DNA of 64,000 nt from Pristiophorus japonicus (taxonomy: Eukaryota): the NCBI RefSeq assembly GCF_044704955.1, contig NC_091990.1, forward strand, positions 28,272,001-28,336,000, given 5' to 3'. The position numbers were made by a program, and so were the translations under genes. Position 1 is the stretch's first letter. The number at the start of each line of letters is the position of its first letter. Under the pieces are notes generated by a model. It made no database searches. It had not been told where the DNA came from and saw only the letters and a program-made list of their open reading frames with translations. This document shows, one piece after another, positions 11,591 through 23,356 of the stretch.

Positions 11591-14500
11591 TGGGGGAGGT
11601 GGGACCAGTACAAACCGGACGGTCTGCACCTGGGCAGGACTGGAACCAATGTCCTAGGGGGAGTGTTTGCTAGTGCTGTTGGGGAGGATTTAAACTAATA
11701 TGGCAGGGGGATGGGAACCAATGCAGGGAGACAGAGGGAAACAAAAAGGAGCCAAAAGCAAAAGACAGAAAGGAGATGAGGAAAAGTGTAGGGCAGAGAA
11801 ACCCAAGGCAAAGAACAAAAAGGGCCACTGTACAGCAAAATTCTAAAAGGACAAAGGGTGTTAATAAAACAAGCCTGAAGGCTTTGTGTCTTAATGCAAG
11901 GAGTATCCGCAATAAGGTGGATGAATTAATTGTGCAAATAGATGTTAACAAATATGATGTGATTGGGATTACGGAGACGTGGCTCCAGGATGATCAGGGC
12001 TGGGAACTCAACATTCAGGGGTATTCAACATTCAGGAAGGATAGAATAAAAGGAAAAGGAGGTGGGGTAGCATTGCTGGTTAAAGAGGAGATTAATGCAA
12101 TAGTTAGGAAAGACATTAGCTTGGATGATGTGGAATCTATATGGGTAGAGCTGCAGAACACCAAAGGGCAAAAAACGTTAGTAGGAGTTGTGTACAGACC
12201 TCCAAACAGTAGTAGGGATGTTGGGGAGGGCATCAAACAGGAAATTAGGGGTGCATGCAATAAAGGTGTAGCAGTTATAATGGGTGACTTTAATATGCAC
12301 ATAGATTGGGCTAGCCAAACTGGAAGCAATACGGTGGAGGAGGATTTCCTGGAGTGCATAAGGGATGGTTTTCTAGACCAATATGTTGAGGAACCAACTA
12401 GGGGGGAGGCCATCTTAGACTGGGTGTTGTGTAATGAGAGAGGATTAATTAGCAATCTCATTGTGCGAGGCCCCTTGGGGAAGAGTGACCATAATATGGT
12501 GGAATTCTGCATTAGGATGGAGAATGAAACAGTAATTTCAGAGACCATGGTCCAGAACTTAAAGAAGGGTAACTTTGAAGGTATGAGGCGTGAATTGGCT
12601 AGGATAGATTGGCGAATGATACTTAGGGGGTTGACTGTGGATGGGCAATGGCAGACATTTAGAGACCGCATGGATGAAGTACAACAATTGTACATTCCTG
12701 TCTGGCGTAAAAATAAAAAGGGGAAGGTGGCTCAACCGTGGCTATCTAGGGAAATCAGGGATAGTATTAAAGCCAAGGAAGTGGCATACAAATTGGCCAG
12801 AAATAGCAGCGAACCTGGGGACTGGGAGAAATTTAGAACTCAGCAGAGGAGGACAAAGGGTTTGATTAGGACAGGGAAAATGGAGTACGAGAAGAAGCTT
12901 GCAGGGAACATTAAGGCGGATTGCAAAAGTTTCTATAGGTATGTAAAGAGAAAAAGGTTGGTGAAGACAAACGTAGGTCCCCTGCAGTCAGAATCAGGGG
13001 AAGTCATAACGGGGAACAAAGAAATGGCGGATCAATTGAACAAGTACTTTGGTTCGGTATTCACTAAGGAGGATACAAACAACCTTCCGGATATAAAAGG
13101 GGTCAGAGGGTCTAGTAAGGAAGAGGAACTGAGGGAAATCTTTATTAGTCGGGAAATTGTGTTGGGGAAATTGATGGGATTGAAGGCCGATAAATCCCCA
13201 GGGCCTGATGGCCTGCATCCTAGAGTACTTAAGGAGGTGGCCTTGGAAATAGCGGATGCATTGACAGTCATTTTCCAACATTCCATTGACTCTGGATCAG
13301 TTCCTATGGAGTGGAGGGTAGCCAATGTAACCCCACTTTTTAAAAAAGGAGGGAGAGAGAAAACAGGGAATTATAGACCGGTCAGCCTGACCTCAGTAGT
13401 GGGTAAAATGATGGAATCAATTATTAAGGATGTCATAGCAGTGCATCTGGAAAATGGTGACATGATAGGTCGAAGTCAGCATGGATTTGTGAAAGGGAAA
13501 TCATGCTTGACAAATCTTCTGGAATTTTTTGAGGATGTTTCCAGTAAAGTGGACAAAGGAGAACCAGTTGATGTGGTATATTTGGACTTTCAGAAGGCTT
13601 TCGACAAGGTCCCACACAAGAGATTAATGTGCAAAGTTAAAGCACATGGGATTGGGGGTAGTGTGCTGACGTGGATTGAGAACTGGTTGTCAGACAGGAA
13701 GCAAAGAGTAGGAGTAAACGGGTACTTTTCAGAATGGCAGGCAGTGACTAGTGGAGTGCCGCAAGGTTCTGTGCTGGGGCCCCAGCTGTTTACATTGTAC
13801 ATTAATGATTTAGACGAGGGGATTAAATGCAGTATCTCCAAATTTGCGGATGATACTAAGTTGGGTGGCAGTGTGAGCTGCGAGGAGGATGCTATTAGGC
13901 TGCAGAGTGACTTGGATAGGTTAGGTGAGTGGGCAAATGCATGGCAGATGAAGTATAATGTGGATAAATGTGAGGTTATCCACTTTGGTGGTAAAAACAG
14001 AGAGACAGACTATTATCTGAATGGTGACAGATTAGGAAAAGGGAAGGTGCAACGAGACCTGGGTGTCATGGTACATCAGTCATTGAAGGTTGGCATGCAG
14101 GTACAGCAGGCGGTTAAGAAAGCAAATGGCATGTTGGCCTTCATAGCGAGGGGATTTGAATACAGGGGCAGGGAGGTGTTGCTACAGTTGTACAGGGCCT
14201 TGGTGAGGCCACACCTGGAGTATTGTGTACAGTTTTGGTCTCCTAACTTGAGGAAGGACATTCTTGCTATTGAGGGAGTGCAGCGAAGGTTCACCAGACT
14301 GATTCCCGGGATGGCGGGACTGACCTATCAAGAAAGATTGGATCAATTGGGCTTGTATTCACTGGAGTTCAGAAGAATGAGAGGGGACCTCATAGAAACG
14401 TTTAAAATTCTGACGGGTTTAGACAGGTTAGATGCAGAAAGAATGTTCCCAATGTTGGGGAGGTCCAGAACCAGGGGTCACAGTCTGAGGATAAGGGGTA

Positions 14501-14789
14501 AGCCATTTAGGACCGAGATGAGGAGAAACTTCTTCACCCAGAGAGTGGTGAACCTGTGGAATTCTCTACCACAGAAAGTAGTTGAGGCCAATTCACTAAA
14601 TATATTCAAAAGGGAGTTAGATGAAGTCCTTACTACTCGGGGGATCAAGGGTTATGGCGAGAAAGCAGGAAGGGGGTACTGAAGTTTCATGTTCAGCCAT
14701 GAACTCATTGAATGGCGGTGCAGGCTGGAAGGGCTGAATGGCCTGCTCCTGCACCTATTTTCTATGTTTCTATGTTTCTATGTTTCTAT
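11591..14789 (+). mobile_element. Young CR1 LINE with end of ORF1 and intact ORF2, inserted in a Gypsy LTR
   Basis: Begins in the ORF1 esterase C-terminus (WGRWDQYKPDGLHLGRTGTNVL..LN*), followed by ORF2 and a 3'UTR ending in (TTTCTATG)n at about 14759-14789. Confidence 0.97.
11776..14682 (+). CDS. CR1 ORF2: APE endonuclease plus reverse transcriptase, uninterrupted 968 aa
   Basis: EN motifs LNARSIRNK, GITETW, GDFN, SDH; RT motifs YRPVSLTS, YLDFQKAFDKVPH, GVPQGSVLGP, FADD. Confidence 0.96.
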   Translation: MRKSVGQRNPRQRTKRATVQQNSKRTKGVNKTSLKALCLNARSIRNKVDELIVQIDVNKYDVIGITETWLQDDQGWELNIQGYSTFRKDRIKGKGGGVALLVKEEINAIVRKDISLDDVESIWVELQNTKGQKTLVGVVYRPPNSSRDVGEGIKQEIRGACNKGVAVIMGDFNMHIDWASQTGSNTVEEDFLECIRDGFLDQYVEEPTRGEAILDWVLCNERGLISNLIVRGPLGKSDHNMVEFCIRMENETVISETMVQNLKKGNFEGMRRELARIDWRMILRGLTVDGQWQTFRDRMDEVQQLYIPVWRKNKKGKVAQPWLSREIRDSIKAKEVAYKLARNSSEPGDWEKFRTQQRRTKGLIRTGKMEYEKKLAGNIKADCKSFYRYVKRKRLVKTNVGPLQSESGEVITGNKEMADQLNKYFGSVFTKEDTNNLPDIKGVRGSSKEEELREIFISREIVLGKLMGLKADKSPGPDGLHPRVLKEVALEIADALTVIFQHSIDSGSVPMEWRVANVTPLFKKGGREKTGNYRPVSLTSVVGKMMESIIKDVIAVHLENGDMIGRSQHGFVKGKSCLTNLLEFFEDVSSKVDKGEPVDVVYLDFQKAFDKVPHKRLMCKVKAHGIGGSVLTWIENWLSDRKQRVGVNGYFSEWQAVTSGVPQGSVLGPQLFTLYINDLDEGIKCSISKFADDTKLGGSVSCEEDAIRLQSDLDRLGEWANAWQMKYNVDKCEVIHFGGKNRETDYYLNGDRLGKGKVQRDLGVMVHQSLKVGMQVQQAVKKANGMLAFIARGFEYRGREVLLQLYRALVRPHLEYCVQFWSPNLRKDILAIEGVQRRFTRLIPGMAGLTYQERLDQLGLYSLEFRRMRGDLIETFKILTGLDRLDAERMFPMLGRSRTRGHSLRIRGKPFRTEMRRNFFTQRVVNLWNSLPQKVVEANSLNIFKRELDEVLTTRGIKGYGEKAGRGY

Positions 14790-17700
14790 GCAATAACTGT
14801 TAGACTGAGTACTGTTTAACTCCAAGAGGTATGACCTTGGCTCTGCTTTATTGAGGCCCAAAGTGACTAATATGCAAAATAGCTGGCCTTTTATACTTGA
14901 GCTGCACACACGTGCGTGCAGCCCAATGGCCTCCAACAGTGACGCCGTCTAGTGGCTAGTGATCCCAAAATACATACATGACAATACCCGTCTCTGAGAT
15001 ATTAACACAGTCTTTTACAAATTGAGACGATCCGGTGTTTTACGCTCCCTGGTTCACCGTCTCAGTTCAACTCCAGCCTCGGTGAGTGTTCAGAGTCTGT
15101 TGTGACTGGTGGGAGTGGCAATGATCATGTCAGGGATTGAAAGTCCATTTTCATTGAATATGTCAGTGATTGAAAGTGCCGATTCACTGATGACCATTGA
15201 GTCCTCTGATGACTGGGGGTACGTTGTTTGGTCGTCGATTGTCTCTTCCTTCGACTGTTCCGGTTCATCTGTGTGCCACAGCTTTGTCTGATCCATATGT
15301 TTCCTGCATGTTTGCCTATTTTGAGCTTGACAATAAATACTCTGTTGCCCTCCTTGGCCATGACAGTACCAGCGATCCACTTGGGACTCTGACCATAATT
15401 CAGAACATATACAGGATCATTTACAGAAATATCGTGTGACACAGCTGCGCGATCGTGTACCCTTGCTGACTTTGTCTTCTATATTCAACATGATTATTCA
15501 AGTCAGGGTGTACAAGAGATAACTTGGTCTTAAGACCTCTCTTCATCATTAGTTCAGCAGGCGAGACCCCGGTAAGCGTGTGTGGTCTTGTCCTGTAACT
15601 AAGCAGTATGCATGACAGGCGGGTCTGCAGTGACCCTTGGGTTACTCGCTTCATACTCTGCTTCTCTGCTTTATGATTTGGACAGCATGTTCTGCTTGCC
15701 CATTGGATGCGGGTTTGAATGGTGCTGATCTAACATATTTGATACCATTGAGTTTCATGAACTCTTGAAACTCTTGACTGGTGAGCACGATCCGTTGTCG
15801 CTAACATCGATGTCAAGCAGACCATGTGTCGCGAACATGACATTGAGATTCTCAATGGTAGCTGTGGATGTGCTGGATGACATGATTATACACCCTATCC
15901 ACTTCGAATATACATCCACCACAACTAAAACCATCTTCCCCAGGAAGGGACCTGCAAAGTCGATGTGGATCCTGGACCATGGTTTGGACGGCCACGACCA
16001 CAGACTCAGTGGCGATTCCGCTGGTGTTTTGCTGAGCTGCATGCAAGTGTTGCACTGATGCACACATGATTCCAGCTCAGAGTCAATTCCCAGCCACCAT
16101 ACATGAGACCTGGCAATGGCTTGCATCATTACAATGCCAGGATGTGTGCTATGTAGCTCACATACAAATTTCTCTCTCCCTTTCTTGGGCATAACATGAT
16201 TGCCCCACAGTAAAAATCCAACTGAATAGACAGTTCGTCTTTGCGAAGAATGTAAGGTTTGGTCTCCTCGCACATTTGCTTGGGTATGGCAGACCAATCA
16301 CCTTTGAGGATGCAACTCTTCACCACAGATAAAATCAGGTCCTGGCTGGTCCAGGTCTTAACTTGTTGAGCCATGACAGGGTTTCCTTCACTCTCAAAGG
16401 CATCCATAACTAACAAAAGATGCGCCGATTGTAGCATTTCCACCTCCAGTGTGGGCAACGGCAGACGACTCAAAGCATCGGCACAATTCTCGATGCCAGG
16501 TCTATGGCGAATGACATAATCATAAGCGGATAATGTCAGCGCCCACCTCTGGATGCGGGATGAAGCATTGGTGTTGATATCTTTGTTTTCAGAGAACAGT
16601 GAAATGAGCGGCTTGTGATCTGTCTCCAGTTCAAACCGAAGACCAAACAGGTACTGATGCATCTTTTTACCCCCATACTCACAGGTTAGTATTTCTTTCT
16701 CTAACATGCTGTAGGCTCTTTCTGCTTTAGACAAACTTTTTGAAGCATACGCGACTGGTTGAAGTTTACCTGACTCATTAGCTTGTTGGATTACGCAACC
16801 AATTCCATATGACGAAGCATCACAGGCCAATACTAAATGTTTACATGGGTCATAATGTACCAGCAGCTTGTTAGAGCAAAGCAGAATCGTGGCTTTCTCA
16901 AAAGCTGTATCTTGAGACGCACCCCACATCCAGTTGTCGCCTTTTCTTAGCAACATGTGCAGTGGTTCTAATAAGGTGCTCAATTTAGGTAGGAAGTTAC
17001 CGAAGTAGTTGAGTAGACCCAGGAACGAACGCAGCTCCATCACATTCTGCAACTTGGGTGCATTCTTAATGACCTTAGTTTTCATGTCCGTGGGCCTGAT
17101 GCTGTCAGCAGCAATTTTCCTCTCCAGGAATTCGACCTCTGGTGCCATGAAGATACACTTCGAGCATTTCAATCTGAGTCCCACTTTGTCCAGATGATGT
17201 AGAACCTCTTCCAGGTTGTTCAGATGTTCCTCGGAGTCACGACCTGTGATCAGGGTGTCATCTTGGAACACGACAGTTCTGGGAACGGACTTCAGTAGAC
17301 TCTCCAGGGTTCCTCTGAAATATTGCTGCAGCCGAGCGAATTCCAAAAGGGTACCTGTGATAAATAAACAGTCCTTTATGCGTGTTAATGCACGTAAGTC
17401 TCTTCGACATCTCGACCAGCTCCTGTGTCATGTAGACCAACGTGTTTGGTGAATGACTTCCACCTGGCAAGCATTGCAAACAAGTCATCAGCTTTCGGTA
17501 ACGGGTACTGATCCTGTTTTGAAACCCTGTTGATTGTAGCCTTGTAGTCTCCACAGATTCTGACTGTGTCATCGCTTTTCAGCACAGGAACAATGAGGCT
17601 GGCCCATTCATTAAATTCAACCGGTGATATGATCCCTTGATGCTGGAGTCTGTCCAGTTCGATTTCGACCTTCTCCCTCATCATATACGGAACTGCCCGA

Positions 17701-19271
17701 GCTTTATGATGGACGGGTCTTGCATCCGAGTCCACGTGGATCTGCACCTTGGCTCCCGTGAAGTTGCCGATGCCTGGTTCGAACAGCGAGGGGAACTTGC
17801 TCAGTACTTGGGCACATGTATCTTTCTCCGACGACAACGCCTTGATGTCGTTCCAATCGCATCTGATTTTTTCAAGCCAGTTCCTGCCGAACAGCGTTGA
17901 GCCATTGCCTGGAACAATCCATAGCGGTAAGTCGTGAACCGCACCGTCATACGACACTTTAATTGTGGCACTGCCAATCCCGTTATGAGTTCTTTGGTGT
18001 ACGTGCACAACTTGGCATTGACTGGACTCAGCCTGGGCCTCACAGCCTTAGTATCCCACAGCTTGTCGAATGCCCGTTGGCTCATTATCGATTGACTCAC
18101 CCCCGTGTCCAGTTCCATTGATACCAGCACCCCATTAAATTTCACATTGATCATTATCGGTTTGCTCTTAGTTAGGAACGAGTACAGTTCATACACTTCC
18201 TCCTCTGGTATTTCAGATTGCATATCCGGATCCGCGCTAATCTGGCCATCATCCTCCACGTGGTGTGTCGCAGCACGCTTGCTCATTTGCGGACACTTGC
18301 GCTGGAGATGCCCCACTCTCAGACAGCCTTTGCAACTATATTGCTTAAATCAACACTACTGGTGCCGGTGATTTCCCCCACAACGCCAACATGGAGAAAT
18401 CGGATACATTCCTGTTGGCGGACTTTGGGCAGCCACAGGTTTCACATATGCAGTCATGTAGGCAATGCCATGTGCCGCTCTGCCGAACGCCAAAGCAATC
18501 ATTACTTGCCGAGTTTCGATTTTTCACTGATATCTTCATGACTGAGCGATCGTGATGGCCCTGTTCAAGTCCAATGTCTCCACCGCCAGTAGTTTACGCA
18601 GGATCACCTCGTGGTTGATGCCAATTACAAAGAGTCCCGCAGCGTGTCTGCCCACACAGCCCCGAACTTACACGGTCTCGCTAGACGTCTCAGGTCGGCA
18701 ACAAATTCCGCCGCATTCTGGCCCTCTGAGCAAACGTGCGTGTAAAATCTGTATCTCGAGATGATGATGCTTTCGTCTGGCTTACGGTGATCCTGTACCA
18801 GTGTACACAATTCTTCATACGTCTTCTCTGTTGGACTCACAGGCAGAAGGAGATTCTTTATCAGACCATAAATTTTTGGACCGCAAACCGCGAGGAACAC
18901 CGCCCGGCGCCAATCTGCGTCGCCGACCTCCTCCATTTTGTTGGCCACGAAGAACTGGCTCAAACAGCTCACAAAGTCTGCCCAATCTTCTCCTTCCGTA
19001 AAACGCTCCAACAATCCAATTGTGCTCATTTTTGCATGCAAAGGTTCTTGTTGCCTCGTCACCAAATGTTGTGTATGCAATAACTGTTAGACTGAGTACT
19101 GTTTAACTCCAAGAGGTATGACCTTGGCTCTGCTTTATTAAGTCCCAGAGTGACTAATATACAAAATGGCTGGCCTTTTATTCTTGGGTTGCACACACGT
19201 GCATGCAGCCCAATGGCCTCCAACAGTGATGTCATCTAGTGGCTAGTGATCCAAAAAGTAAACACATGACA
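14786..19271 (-). mobile_element. Gypsy (Mag-like) LTR retrotransposon 1, full-length but decayed
   Basis: LTRs at 19067-19271 and ~14786-14983 (outer TG displaced to 11591 by the CR1). PBS TGGTGACGAGG lies next to 19066. Fragmented gag (MSTIGLLERF), protease (MELDTG), RT (FQDD), RNase H (CDASSYG) and integrase (HIDFAGPF). TSD GCAAC at 11586-11590 and 19272-19276. Confidence 0.95.
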
Positions 19272-19289
19272 GCAACTGATGGTGGAGCA

Positions 19290-19800
19290 GAGGGAGAAAG
19301 CATTGTAAGAGATATATTGCCCATGTCGGGATAGGTTGGAATAGCACTATGTAAAGGAAATGCCACAGAAGTTGTCCATGGAGAGGAGACGGCAGAGAAC
19401 TATGGTGTGATCAACTGCATTGAAAACTGTGGTGAGGTCAAGGAAAGATAATGTTGGTGATTTTGACCAGTGTGGTCCCCATCCTGTGCTGGGATACAAT
19501 ACAAACTGAAGGGGTGGGAAGATGGAGGGTAAGAAGAAGTGAGCATGGAGGTGGGTGACAATGACACAGTTGTTGAGCTTGGAGAGAAAGGGGAGGTCAG
19601 AGATGGAGCAATAGATGAGTGGGGTAGGAAGCAATGCCCCAGGAAACGGAGCAATTGACAAGGCCAGCAAACAGGTCACCACGGAAAGGTAGTTAAGTGG
19701 GTTGATAAATATTGGGGAGATGACACAAAGTATTGAGGCTGAGGACATTGAGACGAGGAAATGGTCAAAGCTGTCCTTGTTGGTAATTGACATTGCGGCT
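19290..19800 (-). mobile_element. Old L2/CR1-group LINE RT fragment
   Basis: ORF 19347-19793 contains LDLTTVFNAVDHTIVL, an L2-type RT motif remnant. Confidence 0.55.
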
Positions 19801-19849
19801 ATGGTGAGAGCAAGCGTGTTGTGGTGAGTTCAGGGTGAGTTTTTTCCTT

Positions 19850-20150
19850 GGACTTGGGATGTGGGAAACATTGGCGAGGCCGTATTTATTGCCCATCCCA
19901 AGTTATCCTGAAGGTATTAAAGCTCAACCACATAATGTGGGACTGGAGTCACATGTGTGCCAGAACAGGTGGGCTGCAACTCCCTTCCCCGTAAGACATT
20001 CGTGAATCATTTGGTGTTTTACAACGATCCAAAAGCTTTAATAAACATTTTTCTGATGTCAGGCTACAGATGAATAGATTGAATTCACACCTGGCTACGT
20101 GGGATTTGCACTCATGTCCTCTGGAATGCTGATCTAGTGCCATAACCACT
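19850..20150 (-). mobile_element. HE1-like tRNA-derived SINE
   Basis: Homologous to 59211-59690 (atttattgcccat, ctggagtcacatgt, gggatttg). Confidence 0.65.
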
Positions 20151-20181
20151 AGGCTTAGAAACAAAATCAACAAGAGAAATA

Positions 20182-20458
20182 TGTCATGTATGTAACCATC
20201 ATGCAACGGTACTCTTCATGCAACTGTAACCTTCATGCAACTCCTGTACACTGTACTTATACCCTAGAAATGCACACCCTGACCACAGGGGGTGAACTTG
20301 TGGGAGACACTCCTCACCTGGGTTTCCAGGTATAAAAGAGGAGGTCCCACCCAGGGTCAGCACTCCTTGGTCCTGGGAATAAAGGTTAAGGTCACGTATT
20401 GACTGTGTCTGCAGTACATGCCTCGTGTGAATTTGTAGTAAGGTGCAGGGACACTACA
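20182..20458 (+). mobile_element. Solo LTR (277 bp)
   Basis: TGT...ACA termini, perfect 5-bp TSD AAATA (20177-20181 / 20459-20463), internal TATAAAA followed by AATAAA. Confidence 0.88.
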
Positions 20459-20860
20459 AAATACATTTCATCTATTAAAGCTAATGTCAGTCAGAAGGTA
20501 AGCGGTTAATTTATTTTCCTGTTGATTCACTGCGGTTACCTGTACTGCTCTTCAAGGCCACATAGTTTCAGGGTACTTTTTAAATAATTTACTCAAAAGC
20601 AGCTGTTGCTTAGAAACAACACAAGTTGAATCATACTAATCTCAAGATTAGGTCATTGAATATATTTAAGGTGGAGATAGACAGATTTTTAAAACTAAGG
20701 GAGTCAAGGGTTATGGGGAGCAGGCAGGGAAGTGGAGTTGAGGCCAGGATCAGAGCAGCTATGATCTTATTAATGGCGGAGCAGGCTCGAGGGGCCAAAT
20801 GGCCTACTCCTGCTCCTGTTTCTTATGTTCTTACATTCTCACTTCTCTCACTCTCACTCA

Positions 20861-21945
20861 CTCATAGGCAGTCCCTCAAAACGAGGATGACTTGCTTCCA
20901 TGCCAAAAAAGGGCGAGTTCACATGTGTTTCTATGAAAGAAACATAGAAAATAGGTGCAGGAGCAGGCCATTCAGCCCTTCTAGCCTGCACCGCCATTCA
21001 ATGAGTTCATGGCTGAACATGAAACTTCAGTACCCCCTTCCTGCTTTCTCGCCATACCCCTTGATCCCCCGAGTAGTAAGGACTTCATCTAACTCCCTTT
21101 TGAATATATTTAGTGAATTGGCCTCAACTACTTTCTGTGGTAGAGAATTCCACAGGTTCACCACTCTCTGGGTGAAGAAGTTTCTCCTCATCCCGGTCCT
21201 AAATGGCTTACCCCTTATCCTCAGATTGTGACCCCTGGTTCTGGACTTCCCCAACATTGGGAACATTCTTCCTGCATCTAACCTGTCTAAACCCGTCAGA
21301 ATTTTAAACGTTTCCATGAGGTCCCCTCTCATTCTTCTGAACTCCAGTGAATACAAGCCCAGTTGATCCAGTCTTTCTTGATAGGTCAGTCCCGCCATCC
21401 CGGGAATCAGTCTGGTGAATTTTCGCTGCACTCCCTCAATAGCAAGAATGTCCTTCCTCAAGTTAGGAGACCAAAACTGTACACAATACTCCAGGTGTGG
21501 CCTCACCAAGGCCCTGTACAACTGTAGCAACACCTGAACTACATCCTGAAGGGAGGAAGAGGCCTGTGCGTGGATTTTTTTAACGTGTGGTGGCCGTTGC
21601 CCACCAGCCATCATACGGGCTTGACAGAGCTCGGTCTTGGGCCAGTGGCAAGGGTTATCCAAGACGACTGCAGACCAGTTCTGCTGCACGGACCTAGTGA
21701 GCACACATATCGCAGTGTGGACTGGCCCCTGGCCCCTGGCCCCGAACTCACGCCTTCTCTGGGCCCCGATCACATCCCTCCACAGTCTCTCGCCACTTCT
21801 TCGCCCCGAACTCGCTGCTCCTGCTGTATCTGCCCACGCTCCAATCATCGACCTGGACTTTGATGTCGTCACTCTTCACTGCCATCGCCCTCCTGCACCA
21901 GCTCGTGCTGCTCCCCGAGGCCTCCACGCTCCTTTTATAGCCCCG
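20861..21945 (-). mobile_element. RTE-tailed non-autonomous element split by a young CR1 (CR1 at about 20937-21533)
   Basis: The two flanks join into the family seen at 5685-6070; the middle is a CR1 3' end with catagaaa tail and the C-terminal half of ORF 21027-21872. Confidence 0.85.
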
Positions 21946-22059
21946 ATCTGCTGTTTCTACAATGTAACCAGCTCCTGTTTACTCTTTTGCAATTTATAGG
22001 TCTTTTCTTCTGTGTGTTCTTCACCCTCGTCTTTCTTCTGTTCCTTTTTAAATGCTGCC

Positions 22060-22400
22060 CAGCACCTCCCATTTAAAATTCTCACCCTTGTGTTGAACTC
22101 CATCCGTGGCCTTGCCCTTTCTCTGTAACCCCCTCTGGTCCTCCATGAAGTTTGCCTTCCTCCAATTCCGGCCTCTACTGCATCGCCACGCCTTCACCCA
22201 CCATTGGCAGCTGTGCCTTCAGCCATCTAGGCTCTAAGCTTTAGAATTCCCTTCCTAAACCTCTCTATCTCTGCACTGCTCTCTCTTTTTAAGAACCTCC
22301 TTAAAACCTATCTCTTTAACCCAGCTTTTAGTCATACTTCCGACTATCTCCTTCTCTGGCTTAGCGCCAATTCTCTTCTGACTACACTGTTTAAAGTGCC
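22060..22400 (+). mobile_element. L2-type LINE 3' fragment
   Basis: Motifs tttaaaattctca..., gtgccttcagc and ccttaaaaccta are shared with 36270-36710. Confidence 0.55.
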
Positions 22401-23356
22401 TTGAGTTTCCGCCTCAAGCCCTAATCTTGAAAGTGAATTCCACTTCACATTCTGTGTGTAAAGAACTTTCTCAAATTCTTTGTTCAAATTCTCTTACATT
22501 TATCCGTGTACCTATGGCCCCTTGTTTTGGAGTCCTCAGCTATTGACACAGTTTTCTTTCTTTCTCATAAACTTTCACTCCTTGTCTCTATCTGTTTTTT
22601 CTTCACTCTTTCCTCCTCCTTCTCTATAAGTGTCCGCTTCCCTCTGTATCCTCATTTTTCTCTATCTCTCTCACTCTGCGTGCATTTTACACATTTTGGT
22701 CGCAAATTTCTGCCATCTATGCAGGCAGGAATGAAGGTGGGTCAGGAAGGAAATTTAAAATAATATGGAGCGGGTCGGGAACCTGCCATCAACCCGCCCC
22801 CACGCGCCGTTCCCTCGGACGAGTTTGCCAGCGTGGCAGCGACCCGAACGACAGAGGCGGCCGAGCTAATTCAGATGATTATTAGGTACTTGTCCGACCT
22901 TTCCCTGGATGACCACGGGAATCACGCAGCTCGGGAACCACGTCTGTGAACCTGAGGCAGAAGCTCAGTGGCCATTGATCCAGCTCATTCGTGCACAGCA
23001 CGGAAAGTATAATAAAAACTACCACCTGACAGCCAGTCACTTTCCTAAGTCAAATATTGTTGCTAAGTGCATTGTGAGCACGGATTTAGCTTTCTAGAGG
23101 TTACAACTCTTTTCAGCAAAGTCAGGATCCACTGTCATCTCATTGGTACCACCTATCACACCACTGACAGATTGCTTCTGTCATGTCTACTCGACCTGCC
23201 ATCTATTATATAAGCACGGGTGCCGTTTATACTGTTTCACCTTGGTCCTCAGAATCGGACCTCGATGAGCCCCAACATCAGCAGCACCAGGCAAACTAGC
23301 AGCATCAACAACACCACCACCAACCTTCTTCTCAATGAGCCAATGCTGTACAGGAC

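Noticed and set aside
12015-14294. Recurrent antisense ORFs shared between loci
   Set aside because: Shadows of CR1 ORF2, repeated only because the CR1 copies are nearly identical.
21027-21872. 281-aa chimeric ORF as a novel gene
   Set aside because: Chance in-frame fusion of a non-coding repeat with a truncated CR1 ORF2.
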